DNA of 64,000 nt. Origin: Spongospora subterranea f. sp. subterranea. Lineage: Eukaryota. Positions 26,999 through 39,964 of this stretch are shown in pieces. Location of the stretch: NCBI GenBank assembly GCA_049724395.1, contig JAUGWO010000061.1, positions 1 through 64,000 of the forward strand. The letters are read 5' to 3'. Numbering within the stretch: the stretch's first letter is position 1; each line of letters opens with the position of its first letter. Under the pieces are notes generated by a model. The model searched no databases, had not been told where the DNA came from, and was given only the letters and a program-made list of their open reading frames with translations. The translations under genes were made by a program, and so were the position numbers.

Positions 26999-27991
26999 TT
27001 ATTTGGTAGAGAAATAGTCCCTATCGGCTGGATTGCTCTGGTTGAAACAATGCAGTCGAACATAGCCGTCTTCGGCCCCGCTGGCGAAACTCTTCCCATC
27101 GGGGTTGAACGCCAGCGTATTGATCGGGCCGAAATGGCCGGCAACCGACCCGAGTTGCTCCTGGAACACGATATGATAGAACATGGCGTCGAATTTCCCT
27201 TGGCGCGTGTGGGTCTGCGTCACATTCATGGCTTCCTCACCACCGCCCAGCACAACATATGGGAACGAGCCTGGCGCGATGACGGCGGCGTTCACGGGCC
27301 GATCGGTCCTGAACACCTTCAGGCAGCGCAGCGTCGCCGCGTCGTACAACCGCGCCGTCGCGTCTTTCGAGCTGGTCACGAACATTGTTTTGTCCTTGGA
27401 GAACGCCAGATTGTTGATTCCCTTGGAGTGATCCGACGCTTTTCGTAATTCCTTTCCGGTTTCAACGTCCCAAACCCGAACAGTTCCGTCATCGCTGGCT
27501 GAGATAATTGTTTGATTTAAAGATCCCCAAACGGCGCGATTGATTTTTAGTTCGTGTCCGACGAATTCCTGGACAGGCGCGTCTTCGATGCGATCAACAT
27601 CGCCCCCATGTAGGTTGTAGATGAAGATCTTGGGCACTTGACCCATTGCTTTATCGCCAACGGTCAGAATTTGCTGATCGCCCAGGGCGAAACCAACAGC
27701 GCGGACGGCCGACATGTGAGTGAACGAGAAGAGTTCCTTGCCGGATTCGATATCCCATAGCTTGGCGGTGTTATCGGCGGCTCCAGTGAGCAGCATTGTG
27801 CTGGTGAAGTTGGTGTCGCAATGCCAGACAGACCCTTTATGGCCGTTATAGGTTCCAAGGCGTTGGCCATTATGGGCATACCAGACTGTGGGTTTATGGT
27901 CCTTACTGCAGGTGAATAGCAGGTCGCCGTCCCGATTGAAATGGATATGGGTCAGAGGGCGTTCGTGCCCTTTCAACAAGATCGGCCTCAT
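26999..27991 (-). CDS. eIF3i: Translation initiation factor eIF3 subunit i (TIF34/TRIP-1), intronless
   Basis: MRPILLKGHERPLT...GDLLFTCSKD...GQRLGTYNGH...GGGEEAMNVT...GKFDA...GHFGPINTLAFNPDGKSFASGAEDGYVRLH. Confidence 0.97.
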   Translation of the reverse strand: MRPILLKGHERPLTHIHFNRDGDLLFTCSKDHKPTVWYAHNGQRLGTYNGHKGSVWHCDTNFTSTMLLTGAADNTAKLWDIESGKELFSFTHMSAVRAVGFALGDQQILTVGDKAMGQVPKIFIYNLHGGDVDRIEDAPVQEFVGHELKINRAVWGSLNQTIISASDDGTVRVWDVETGKELRKASDHSKGINNLAFSKDKTMFVTSSKDATARLYDAATLRCLKVFRTDRPVNAAVIAPGSFPYVVLGGGEEAMNVTQTHTRQGKFDAMFYHIVFQEQLGSVAGHFGPINTLAFNPDGKSFASGAEDGYVRLHCFNQSNPADRDYFSTK

Positions 27992-28671
27992 CGCCCTTCT
28001 CGTGGAACTTGATCAGCGACAGTTATTTGTGTCGCCGTCACGGACTCCGTGAGATGGTCATTTCCACCAACTAACGATACCTGTGAGTACCGAACTCGGC
28101 CAAATCTCGGCATCTGCACATCTGGCAATATTCGGCATATGATGCAGTCCTCATTTGGATCTGTTAATTGAACCGCACACGGCCTGGCGATATTCCATAA
28201 TCGGAGTAGGTAGCGCCATGTTGGATTGGATATATTGATATGGGTGTGGCGATAGTGATTTTCTGAATATCTCTGGTGTGGCCGCTGGAAGTGTGGGTCT
28301 GTCGACATGAATGGTGTCGATCGTTCACATATACACAGTTGTGCGATACGGTCTAAACTCGAAGAGGCGTGTTAGGACCCAATGACAACGGATCCGGTTA
28401 TAGATGGAAATGCTGCCATGATTTTGGCCATGCGGGCTGAACTCGACGTATTTGAATCGTCTCGGGGTCGGTGCCGCGGTGACGACCCGTCCGGCAACAA
28501 GGTTAGCCCGCATGGCCAGGATAATGGCAGCACTTCCATCTAATAACCGGAATACTTGATATGGTGCGGGTTTCGATCTCAATTGCCAAAGGCGTTATCT
28601 CATCGCTATAAGGCGGGTCTCTAACTGATCGGAGAAGAACTGCAGATTGAAGGTGAACTATGCGGATTGAA

Positions 28672-28984
28672 GCCATTGAGAATGATGATTGCAAGAAGAT
28701 GGTCTCCAACAGAGATGATGCTGGGCGGTGCTATTGCTCGCTGGGCGTCAACAGGTTGATTCGCCCAAAGGATCTTCCATCATTCGTGAACAATCTTCTT
28801 GGTAGTCAATCCAATGCATTCTTCAGGTTCATCTTTGTGGCCCAAAAACAATCTGCAACAATAGCGCCATGGTTAAAACTGATGGCCTGCAAAACAGGAG
28901 GGCTGACGCCCTGCGAGCAATAGCACCGCCCAGCATCATCTCTGTTGGAGACCGTCGTCTTCATGCAATCATCATTCTGAAGGC
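28672..28984. repeat. Inverted repeat, arms of about 80 bp (28672-28752 / 28903-28984)
   Basis: ggtctccaacagagatgatgctgggcggtgctattgctcgc pairs with gcgagcaatagcaccgcccagcatcatctctgttggagacc. Confidence 0.9.
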
Positions 28985-30958
28985 GGACAGGATCGTGCTT
29001 CGCTGTCCTTCGCCTTCATCTGCTCGCCGGATGGATTTTCGTACTGATCGACGGGTGAACCATCTTCGTGCGCACTCGATGGTTCGCAAAGTCCCCAGGA
29101 TTTGACGTATAAAATGATCATATTTACCCAATGAAGGAAGTCAACCTTGAGTGCCCACTGACTCTGGTGCGATGTTTGTTGACCATGACCGGGACCGCTT
29201 CTGCTTTCGTCAAATGTTCCCCTGGGTCTACGATGCCCATTCTATGCCCTCACGACTTTCGTCATCATCAAAGCTGATCGAAAGGCATGCTGGCTACATC
29301 TGCCATTACAGCTCCATCCTGTGTCTTCTCTACAATGCCCATGGCGCAAGCGCCAAATTCGACTGTCAATCTGTGATAAAACAGACATGAGAGGAGAGAC
29401 ATTTATCAGGGACTCGGCAATCTGTGGCTGGGGTTTACATTGGAGTCTCATCAAAGTGTTCGTCACGTTCATTATCGTATCTCATCGATATCTGTCTTAG
29501 GTTGTTTAGGAATTTAAAGGAATCTCAACCGATACCGTTTGTTCAAGGTCTGTGTATGGTTAAAGAATGTCAATTGCTTTCCGATTGCCATGTTGATGGA
29601 CAACAACAGATCCCGTTCTTCTCCGATCCATTCTTCATCGGTTGCTCCTTCGTCATGCGTCCCAGACAATTACGGATATTCGTCGTTGATGGGGTCAATA
29701 CCCCCTGTTCAACTGCGTTCTAAGGCTGTTGTCTGTGAGTCAGAGTTTCCAATCCAATATTCCAACATCGTACTGGCTGCTTTCAACCCGACAATGGCCA
29801 TTGACGTGTATCACACCGCGTCTTGATGTTCTCCAACCGGCCTGCCCATAATGCATCAAATGATGGCGTCCAGCGAGTGGCGTCGTCGCCATGGCCGCCG
29901 TCATTCGGTGCAACAACCTTGGGAACACCATGACGCCGTCATCGATGGCCATCGTCCAGTCACCGCCAGGTACAGGCCGTTGGTCGCTCCACCCGCATCT
30001 GTTGTCGGTACCTTGGCCCAAACTCTGACGTCGGCCAGCAATTCTGCGTTTGAAAACATGGTTTGCTGAAGTTGGATTTGGTCTGACGGTGTTCGACCAA
30101 AATGGGCAACTGTTGGCAATTTTCGTGAGGACTCGGTCGGCTGTTCATTCTTGTCAGACTCAAAGAATAATTGTCCATCTGTTGACCACCATCATTTTTT
30201 GTCGATTCGCCCTTGTTATGGACGTAAGGGCGAACCCTGCAAAAATGTTGGTCAATGGATGAAGAACGATCCTTCTGGCATAACGAAGGGCGCCAAGGAA
30301 GTTAATTGACCCCTTCAGTGACCAACTCGCATACTTGTGTGAACGCTTTCAAAACTATCACAGTTGCTCGGGAATATTGGTGGCCATGTTTGAGTGCTGC
30401 AAAGCTCCTTGCTCATGTTGGTAATTGGTTTGTGGCGCTTTACGATCCACGTGTGTGTTGCATTAGCTCCATGGTGATTGTCGAGCGACAGATAACTCTC
30501 GTATTCTGATAGGAAATAACTCATTCTCAGGCAGATTCGACCAGAATATCCAGTCGTGCTGTCCGGCAACAATGAAGAGAATATCGCGAAGCGATACCGC
30601 ATCTGGATCAACACTGAATATCCGACGATCTCTGAGGGAACTTGCCGGCGAAGAAGGCAAGGCGTTTTTGTAGGAGTAACGGCGACAGAGTATTAGTCCC
30701 ATCAATCCAATCGCCGTTCCAAAAGTGGTTCATAAGGAATTGAGGTTGACCACCCCATTATTATGGGGCAATAGCCAGAACAGATCAGATCATGGTCACT
30801 CCAACAGGTCGATCACCTGTCGCACATCAAGTCAAAAACAATGGAGAACGAACGGCGCTTTTTCTGGGTAAAGGGAGTGGATGATTTATGAAGTTAATAA
30901 CAGAAACAATAATTAAGAAACGGATCCAAACACAACACGATGATGGTCGCGAACGCCA

Positions 30959-31870
30959 TCATATATCCCATCCATATATAACATGATCAGCACCAGTAAA
31001 ACATCTGAAGTCGAGCGCATGCCACGACATTCCAGTACAACCAAGCTGTTGTTCGTGATACCGAGCCGACTCTTCCGACATCAACGTTCGATCCCACATA
31101 ACAACTCGATATCCATGAGCGGTCGATATCTCGTTTATACTCGTTGGAGGAATACGCACCCTCTGCGGTATTGTCGCCGTCGTCGTCGACGATAACGTCG
31201 TCGACGTTTTCCGGACATCGAACAGCGATATTTTCGAATCGGAGATGGTGGCGATCAGTGGGAACATGAAATCGGCGTCGATCAATGGCGCCGGTGCAGT
31301 GATTACGGAAGGCGATGTGGGCGGAGACGCTCGTCGATCCAGAAGATGTAGAGTACCGTTGAGTTCCCCGGCCAAGATGATTGAGTTCGACGAACGGACC
31401 ACGATTCCCCGAGAATGTAGTCGACGTAGAACGACGTCCACAGATCGATCCTCGATCTCCGTCTGGCGGATGGTGGCGTCGTCCGATGTCGTGATCAGTG
31501 ACGATTCCAGGAAGGTCAGCGAGTTGATGGAATCGGTGTGAATTGAGAAATCGCGCGACGCCGGGGAACGACCTTCGACGATCCGGTAGACGGAAACGGA
31601 TCGGTTCGGATTAGCGACCCCCAATGTCAGGTTGCCGGTGATCGATTCCTGGTGCCAGGCGACCGACGAGATGTATTCATGGGGATGATTGATGACGGAG
31701 GTGGCGGTCATCGCCGGATCCCAATCCGGGCGGATTATGGTGAGGCGTGAGTCGCCGGCAACGGCCACATGATCAGCCGCGTCCGGAAATGGGCACGCCT
31801 CCACAGCAGAGATCGACGAATTGGGGTCGGTGGCGAACGTCCAGGATGGCTTGGATCCCGTGAACCACAT
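30959..31870 (-). CDS. WD40 protein, Nup37-like nucleoporin, intronless
   Basis: Motif order HTDSINSLTF, SDD, LHSRG, GELNGT, PLIDA, GMSWH...C.TGADH...W parallels Nup37 as I recall it (HTDFINGLVF, SDD, LHSPG, AEKNGT, PLMSA, GLSWH...GGDH...W). Start taken at MWFTG. Confidence 0.65.
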   Translation of the reverse strand: MWFTGSKPSWTFATDPNSSISAVEACPFPDAADHVAVAGDSRLTIIRPDWDPAMTATSVINHPHEYISSVAWHQESITGNLTLGVANPNRSVSVYRIVEGRSPASRDFSIHTDSINSLTFLESSLITTSDDATIRQTEIEDRSVDVVLRRLHSRGIVVRSSNSIILAGELNGTLHLLDRRASPPTSPSVITAPAPLIDADFMFPLIATISDSKISLFDVRKTSTTLSSTTTATIPQRVRIPPTSINEISTAHGYRVVMWDRTLMSEESARYHEQQLGCTGMSWHALDFRCFTGADHVIYGWDI

Positions 31871-32828
31871 CGTGAGGGGGGGGGTTGCCGGGAGTGGAGA
31901 TGGCGCTAGAATCTCCGTCACACGGTACACACCCGCAGGGAATGGGATTCCCCTTGACCCACCCATGACGAATAACTTCAGATTTGAACATTGCGAAGTC
32001 AAATCATTTGCCAAAACTCAACGATAACGAGGGAGGATTAGGCGGACCCGAAATTTTTCACATGGCATCGCGAGCATATTCCGACACATTCCTGGCAGTT
32101 TGAGGCGTTTGGGGGGGGGCATCATTTCTTTTTCGCTAATAACATGATCGGGTTGGCCTTCTTTTCATTCATCAGCCGACCAACACGGTAGCACACATTT
32201 TCAACGCAAGCGCAAGCTCCTGAACCATTATCGGCAAGTTTGATTTGAATCAAAATCGAACAAACAACGATGTTCGGTGTCTTCACGACTTTCTGACTAA
32301 CGGATATTGCCTCGCCATCTCAAAACATTCCTCTGCGGAACCGAAATCACTCCAGGTTATACCAAATTTAACATGTTCAAGTACGAACATCCTTGCACTA
32401 CAGATAATTGTGCTGAGTCTCGACTTGTGGACTCGAACTCTCTTCAAACACAATTACACCTATGACAAACTCTCAATAGTAATACATAGAATTGCTCAGT
32501 TGACCTGTAAGAGATGCCCATAACCACAGTTAGCAATTACAAGTTCAGCGAATGTGATATTGTTGGCTGAAGAGGGATTTAGGTTGCGAAACAGGCAGAT
32601 TTTGTGGTTCTTCAACAGCCTATGTTCGGATTGATTTTCATTTCGATTTCTCAGAGAACGATTGATTTTGGGAAAAAGAAGGCCAGACAAATAAACGAAA
32701 TCAGGATTACACAATCCTCAGGGTGTAAGACCGCTACGTAAGTCTCTATTGAGCGATGCTACCATACAATGCTCCTGGAGTTGGGAGAGCGATCCGTCAA
32801 CCGACGTTCCATAATATTTCTATAGAAT

Positions 32829-33525
32829 TTAGATCTGACTAGCCGAGTATTGAGGGTTGGGAGGATGCTGTGCTGGATGTGGAATATATAGCGGGAACTG
32901 GTCCTGTTCGTCCAAACGAAGAGCTGCTTCACGTAACGGTGCAGTTGGCAGCGCCTCGATAGCGGCATGTCGTAACGCGATACGCTGCTTAAAAAACGCA
33001 TCGTAGAAACGGGAACGCTCTCCACATTTCCTGCTGTACTCCTTAGTGATCCGCTCATGTTCCGCCAACTCCTATATTTGGAATTCAAACACCAGTCTTT
33101 TGTTTTACTACAGTGAACAGATATTCCAAGATGGCGTGTCGAGCTTGAGCTTGTGAATAACAGTAAATTGGACATCGTAAAATGGTTCAGGGTCCAGAAA
33201 AGTAAAACAGAATCAAACATCAATTTGTGGGCAGTAATAGGCCAGAATCAAATACCTCAGGGCTACGATCGTCTGCAGCGCCTTTAGAGTCGAACCACTC
33301 CATGGCTTCGGCATAGACACGCGCTTCCTCTGCGGACGCGTCACGAGAATTCTCCCAATTAGACGCAGCCGCTTTCGACTTCTTCTCCGCTTCTCTCTTC
33401 TTCGAGGCGGCCGACGGTTTCTTTATCTCGGCGCCTTTGGCGGGCGCTTTTTTGTTTCCCTTGCTTGCGACCGCCAGACACCGTCGCCATCCGGCGGAGG
33501 CGCCATGGGTCAACCTCAACATCAT
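32829..33525 (-). CDS. Mitochondrial ribosomal protein mL40-like, 2 exons
   Basis: Arg-rich presequence, Lys/Ala-rich region, intron, then KEYSR...RIALRHAAIEALPTAPLREAALRLD...FP...PP, typical of mL40 C-termini. Confidence 0.6.
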
Positions 33526-35383
33526 CACGGAGTTATTACGTGTCACCAACATGTGTCGTACTGATCCTCCAGTATTCCTCCTGCACTTGAGTGGGGGTCA
33601 GCCGCCCCCGCCCACATTTCACAGTCAATTTACTCATGATTATTACCTGCTCGCGGCCAAACGATTATGAGCAGGGCGGATAGCGTTGCATTCAAATTCC
33701 TGCGAGCCCTAAAGACATGTTCGAAACTCAAAAACAATGGCAATATCAAGTCAAACAGCATACACCCAATCAAACGACTCATTGACGAAATTTTTGGGAG
33801 GTGCTGCTACTTTACAGTGACTAGTAAATTCCAATTTGCAATGGTCAACCTAACATCTACTTCTCAAAAGTATATTGTCTATATTTATCTCCTAACAAAT
33901 TCTACGATAAAACCGTCATGCTCTCAAAACAATTATTTACCACGGTTGTGTGAGGGAGGTTTCGGTCATCATTCATTTCCCTGATATTACAGGGATTTGT
34001 CTAAACCCGAAATCGAGTCAATGATTTTTGCCATGTGCGAGTTTGAAGGCTTGGCAGACAATGAAAGGATGACGAGGTTCATTACGGATAGAAGATCTTA
34101 TTGATAACAAATTGCATCAACGCCTGGCGAAAAGATTGGTGAAAATTATAGGAGTAATAATTTATTGTTATTTAACGTGCTACAAACATATCCTGAACAA
34201 ACTAGATGTTAGCAAACAAATCATTGAGAATTGCAACACAGTAAAATGAACTAGGGAGTCAGAAATAATTCCGTTATTGTTTTCATCGTCAAGCAGTATA
34301 AATACAGTCAGGCGAACGAGACAATGTAATCATCATTCAGAACGAGTTTGAAGATAAACCCACCTATTGTCATCATGTTCTACGAACGAGAGAGACTGTG
34401 GCTGCCTATGAGCAAAACATTAATCAGCAACAGAATTGCCAGTTTTTGAAAACGTAAAAATGGCTAGTGGATTCATATAGGAGCGAAAGACTAAAATTGT
34501 ATCCTCAACGCAATATGCTAGGAGTGAACTATGCAAAAGAGTATAATCATGATCGAATAGGTGGCAATCATACAAACACAACGTACCATATTGCAGACAG
34601 AAGAAACCCATCTGTGGCACGAAATATCATAATGACGATTGTGGGCGACGAAACCTCGGCTCAGGTCACCGCGGGCCGCGGCGTTGATAACACCGTCACG
34701 GTGACCGCAACAAATAGTTTTACCGCAATGTCCATATATTCAGAGAACACACAACAATTATTAGCGCGAGACAGCATATAAATAACGGACGACGTCTCCA
34801 GGCTCGTGCAGTAGAAGTTCCCCAAACCTGAATCCTGGGAATTTTACAACATTCAGAAATCGATAATCACCATCCAACGTTGATAGGATGCCGTATCGAT
34901 TTGGCAATTGGGATGGTGAATTTTGTCGCAATGACCGTTGTTAATGATTTGGGTTCTGGATTATCAAATGGGATTATCGTCAAACTGATGAGTGTTAGAA
35001 AAATGATGCTAGGGATGTCAGATATGGTAGATGAATTCTGATAGTTACCGGTTCCACACTCACAAAAGTCATTTTTAAACTAGTCCCGTGATGACCGAAG
35101 TGATTAATTTTCACAACTATGATTTGCAGTAATTTCTATTTCTGCTTTCAAGAGAATTTGAAAAGCAGCGAGCAGTAAAACCGCAGTGTCAATATATTAT
35201 TGTTGGCAGCAAAAGCGTCAGCCGCGTCTGTTGCTTGCAGCACGCAGCTGAAAGAATCGAAAAAATAATTAATCAGACAGCCGCGAATTCAACACTAGCT
35301 GGCCGTGAAAACTTTGCCGAGCGTAACCAATTTTCTTTTGTTTTTGAACATGTTTTATTTTTTAGATCATTACAAATTTCAAG

Positions 35384-37128
35384 TTATTGTACGACAGTAA
35401 TTTTTTGAGTAGGTATGCCGAGTTGCCTTGAGATTTGAACCGTGCGAATTCCCAAACCAACGCCCATAATCACCAGTTTTGAAGTTTCAGGAATGTCCCT
35501 TTTAGGCGGAAAGGGAAGTAATTGCCACCGGCCAAACGCGTAATTTACAATGGAAATAGACCCGTCATTCATCCGGAGAAATCCTGGGATATGCGCGTTA
35601 GCGCAACAACATCATAGCAGAAAACAACCTTGATATGCATTCAAAAACAATGAAACAAAATGATTGAAGGTATAATTTGAAATCATGAAGGTCAAGTCCA
35701 TTCTACCTTTGACGCGATAGAAGGAATCTCGATCCAAATTCCCTAGAAACAATTCGACCCACTCCAACGAATATTGAGAGTCACTGCCGAGATCGACCGA
35801 TAATACCTCCACCTAACTTAGATTTTAATATCAGAGAAAAAGTTCAGTAGGTAGTTCTTAAAGCTCCTAGCATTAATTGTCAGAAAAATACTAGAAACAA
35901 CTTCGAAATCGGATGACTCTTTAATTTACGAACGTGCACAAATGACACGATTTTTCAGAGAGTGGTTCCAAAAACATTCAAAAACAAGAAATTACAAGGA
36001 CTTCTTTGACAATATGACATCTCGTACAAAATTAGATCATGAAAAACATTCGTAAACATTTCAGTCACAATCAGCGACATCGAAAAAATGATTCATTTAA
36101 CGTACCGACCTCATTGGAATGGTGATTCTGAGATGGCGGCAACAATTCCGACGTTACGTCAACGTGGTCGGTGTCTAACAGCAAGGCAGCATCAACAGCG
36201 CCACGATTGGTTCGAATACGTGGCGTATCAGGATTCAGGTCAATCACTTGATCAACGACCCGGTCAAACGCCAAATCATCAATGAATTCGTGCTTGTTCA
36301 TCAGAATTAAATCCGTGTATTTGGCTTGCAGTCGAGCAGTATAGCTTGTGTCCTGATACCTGACCACAGCATTTTCAACAACACAACAGGAACATCAGGA
36401 GACAATCTACCATGAACGAACGTTTTCAAAAATAGACGTGGTTATCAGCGGAATTTTCCGGAAAATTCGAGGTAATGAAGGATTCAAATAAACAGGTAAA
36501 CAAATTCCGTTCTGAAACAAGATCAATAAAAGAATACGGACCCCGGGAAATTCTCACAGTCGATTACGCAGGCAACACAGCCAACGTGAACGGGGGCACC
36601 ACATTTCTACACAAACTAACACCATTAACGTTTGCTCGGCAAAAACAGGTAAATCACTGTTAAGGTGCGACGATAAATCATGTTGAAATGAATGACAAAT
36701 TGAATTGTTGATGTCCTCATCAAATAATGATGAAACCCATCAAGTGGAGTGCGAAACCACAATCGTAAAAGGAGAACGAACATTACCTGAACTCGTTGGA
36801 TTTCGCGCACCAAAGGAGCTGGATATGCGGATCCCGACGTCTCCATAAATATGAATTGAGGCGGCGGCTGCATATTAGCGACCTCAATTAGGGCATCGCT
36901 CATCTGGCCGATCATCTGGCAGCATATACATCCGTTGACGATTTCCTTGACGGCCAGCGCCGTTGTCCCGGAGATCAACGCCGTATCAACGGCCAGATCC
37001 CCGAACTCATTCTTCAGCCAGACCGACCTGATCCCAGGTCGCTGTTCTATCAATGACCGCAATACAGTCGTCTTTCCCGCTCCGAGAAACCCTGTTAGAA
37101 CTATCACTGGTATCGACAGTTCCGCCAT
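35384..37128 (-). CDS. CobW/COG0523 (ZNG1-like) P-loop metallochaperone GTPase, multi-exon
   Basis: PVIVLTGFLGAGKTT, KNEFG, NGCICC, ETSGSAYP, QAKYTDLILMNK, LNP, YRVKG, KLVIMG. Confidence 0.92.
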
Positions 37129-37772
37129 TTTACTGTAAGTTGATTCGTTACACGACAGCGTTTCTCGCAATACCCTGTCCGTTTAGGTGTCGCGCACTAT
37201 ATTGCGATGGTTCACAGTTCACACGAATCGCGTCACCGTTTTGACAGATACAGTAATGATCACGTTGTGGCCGTCAATCAGACCATCTTCAGGGCATCCC
37301 CTCGAAACAATTCAGTATTCGTCAGTTTCAGAGCGCAAACCTTCGGGTCCTGCTACTGCACGACATTTGCTCCAACATGCAGTAGAACAGTTTCTCTTGA
37401 ATGGTTCGCCAACCCAGGATTTGATACTGATACTCACGATCTAGCGACAACTTCAGGTTGTAACTACGAATTGGTTGGGAATAACACGAACAAAAGAATT
37501 GGCAATTCTTGGGATATCAAGCGATATCTAAGCTACGATCAATATCGCTTGCGATTGCAAAACCTTCTGGGTTAACTCGTCACTATTCTGTGTGCTGTTC
37601 GCCAGAAAACTTATGAATCGTTCAACGGTTTGACCCCAAGAACGAAAACGATGTTGGGATTAGCCAATGGGAACAGAACTGCACGAATCAGGTACCTGAT
37701 CGCTTTATTGTAGTAATAATTCAGCATAATAATTAACTGGGAATGATATTGAAGTGAGGGGGCCATCAGACG

Positions 37773-39004
37773 CTACATGTTGATCGATAAAACCAGATCG
37801 AGGTCGGATTCGGGTGTGCATAAATAAGACCATGTTTTAGCTTGCTTTACCAAGTCGATCTGGATGCAAAGTTGTGCCAAACTGGGGCGATCCACAAATT
37901 TGACCGATACCGTTTTCGAGTTCAATTGCATCGACGTCGCTGCATAAACAGCTTCTCGCTCAACTAAACAGATCACAATGCAATTCAGTTTCGAGCTAAA
38001 TAGCGTTTAACGAAAAGCAAAAACAAATGAGACAAACCGTGAGAATCGCCGAAGGAGAGAACAGTTCGGCCTTTGAGAGCTTCAGACAGCCTGAAAAACG
38101 CCTGCATTTTCCATTGCGCGGGGAGACCGGGATATTGTCGCTCGTAAAGGGATCGGGCTGATATTACCTGAATGTGACCCAAGAGTGGCACAACCGCTGG
38201 TAGAAAGCGGTGTGCCGACATCTCAACCCAGCCGTATTCAGAGTTGGTGACAATGAATACATGGCCAGAGTCGATCGCTAATTGCAGTAAATCTGCAACT
38301 GATGATTCCAGGGCCCTGAGCTCGCTCTGCACTTGTAGGGGGAAGTGGTCGTTGGAATCGACACGATATCCACAGCAAGATAGATCAGTGGAAGCCAACA
38401 GCGTGTCGTCCTGTTGTCACTTAGCCCGACAAGCGAGACCAATGGGTGAATATGAACATACCCAATCGAATACGATAACAGGCCTATCGTCCTGGGGTAT
38501 GGAATACATATGATCCAGTAGAGAGATAAGGGATTGGGCGATTGTTGAAGGGTGATGGGGCTACTGTGCCCCTGATGGGCCTGCGTTGCTGTAATTTCAG
38601 AGATCAATTGTCGAAGTGAGCTCTAAGGAACCCAAATCGAAACTGATTCCGTTCCGAGTTCTTCGTCGCTGAAACTGTCGCCAGATGTTGAACCCTCAGA
38701 TAAGGACTGCGAGTACGCCTTGGGCAACACAGGATACGGTACGGCAAGACACCAACTGGTCGACGTGGCGCTTCTGCGATGGCGGATAATTCCTTCTCCT
38801 ACCAGTATTCGATGCGCAATCAAAACAAGGGTGAATTCGTAAAGACGAAAGAGCAATAATCCGGAAGCAATCCCGTGCGGAAATTAAGAGGAAGTTGAGG
38901 ATGGGGATGGAATGGAAAACGCACAGGAGAGGGTCACCGCCACGGCTGGAATACCCAAGTGATTGGAATCCGCCGCACGTTGTGGGAGAAAAGGCCGCGG
39001 ACAT
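37773..39004 (-). CDS. HAD-superfamily hydrolase (protist FDWDDTL type), multi-exon; start uncertain
   Basis: PVIVFDW-DDTLL split by an intron, IVTNSEYGWV, ISARSLYE, WKMQAF, SFGDS, SVKFVDRP. Confidence 0.8.
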
Positions 39005-39964
39005 GAGGTGTTCTGATTCACGACCGATATCGGCCCAACTGGGGTCACCACTACCATCATCGTCCTCTCGGTCTGGGTATTTACCCCAGGAGTTCGGTCA
39101 ACCCCGCATCATCAAACGAGGGGGCGGGACCAGATATCATACCGCCGCTCCGGTACAGTATCTAACGGCCACACTCGAAATGTGTGGAGAAGGTCCGAAG
39201 CGTCGCACCAACGATGGATGAGTGTTTGAGAAATGAAGCTTGAACCTGCGAAAAGCACTCCGATCGGGAAAACTACGTTGCCACAATCCCATTTGCCTTC
39301 TCCGACCTGAACTTGACACCCTTTTGATATCAATATTGATTCCAATATGTACGTTGTTATCACTGATCTATCCATCATATCGTGAGATGGATTACCCCGA
39401 TCAGCGCTATTTTTCTCGATGAGAGTCTCCTTCGTTCACCTGTTCATTGGCGCAATGGCACTCGGTATGAGTCCAGTGCTTCCCTCAATAAAATGGCTAT
39501 TGCCAGCGTTTTGCCCTTGCATATTGGTTCCTTCCTGCAAATGTTTATTCCAATCGAACAGTATTCAGTCTGGCAGCCCGGAACGGGATCGTCGACCGCA
39601 GATAGTTCAACAGTTGGTCGATACAGCCCGTGTTTGGATGGAATTGTGAACCGATAACCTGTTGGGGTTGTACCGCCATGTAACACGGTATCGGGCGCAA
39701 CCATTATCAACATATTTATAGATATTTATTGACAAATCGAGGGAATGACGTTTCCCCGAAGATGAAGAACAGTGGACTGTAGATGGCGACAATACCATCC
39801 ATACTCCATGGCAGAGTGGAAACGGATCGGCGGTTTTCTGGGGGACTGACCCAACTGATTCGTTGACGATCACCGCTTTCGACAGGGGATGGGCGCTCCA
39901 CCAGCACACTGGATTTGTTTGGCCTGTGAGTTTCAATCATCATTTCGTTTAACGCGTGATCGCG

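Noticed and set aside
26888..27448. 186-aa plus-strand ORF
   Set aside because: Antisense shadow of eIF3i.
33980..34900. Possible small membrane-anchored multi-exon gene on the minus strand (WRRRPLFICCLALIIVVCSL)
   Set aside because: Hydrophobic stretch only; no coherent gene model or family.
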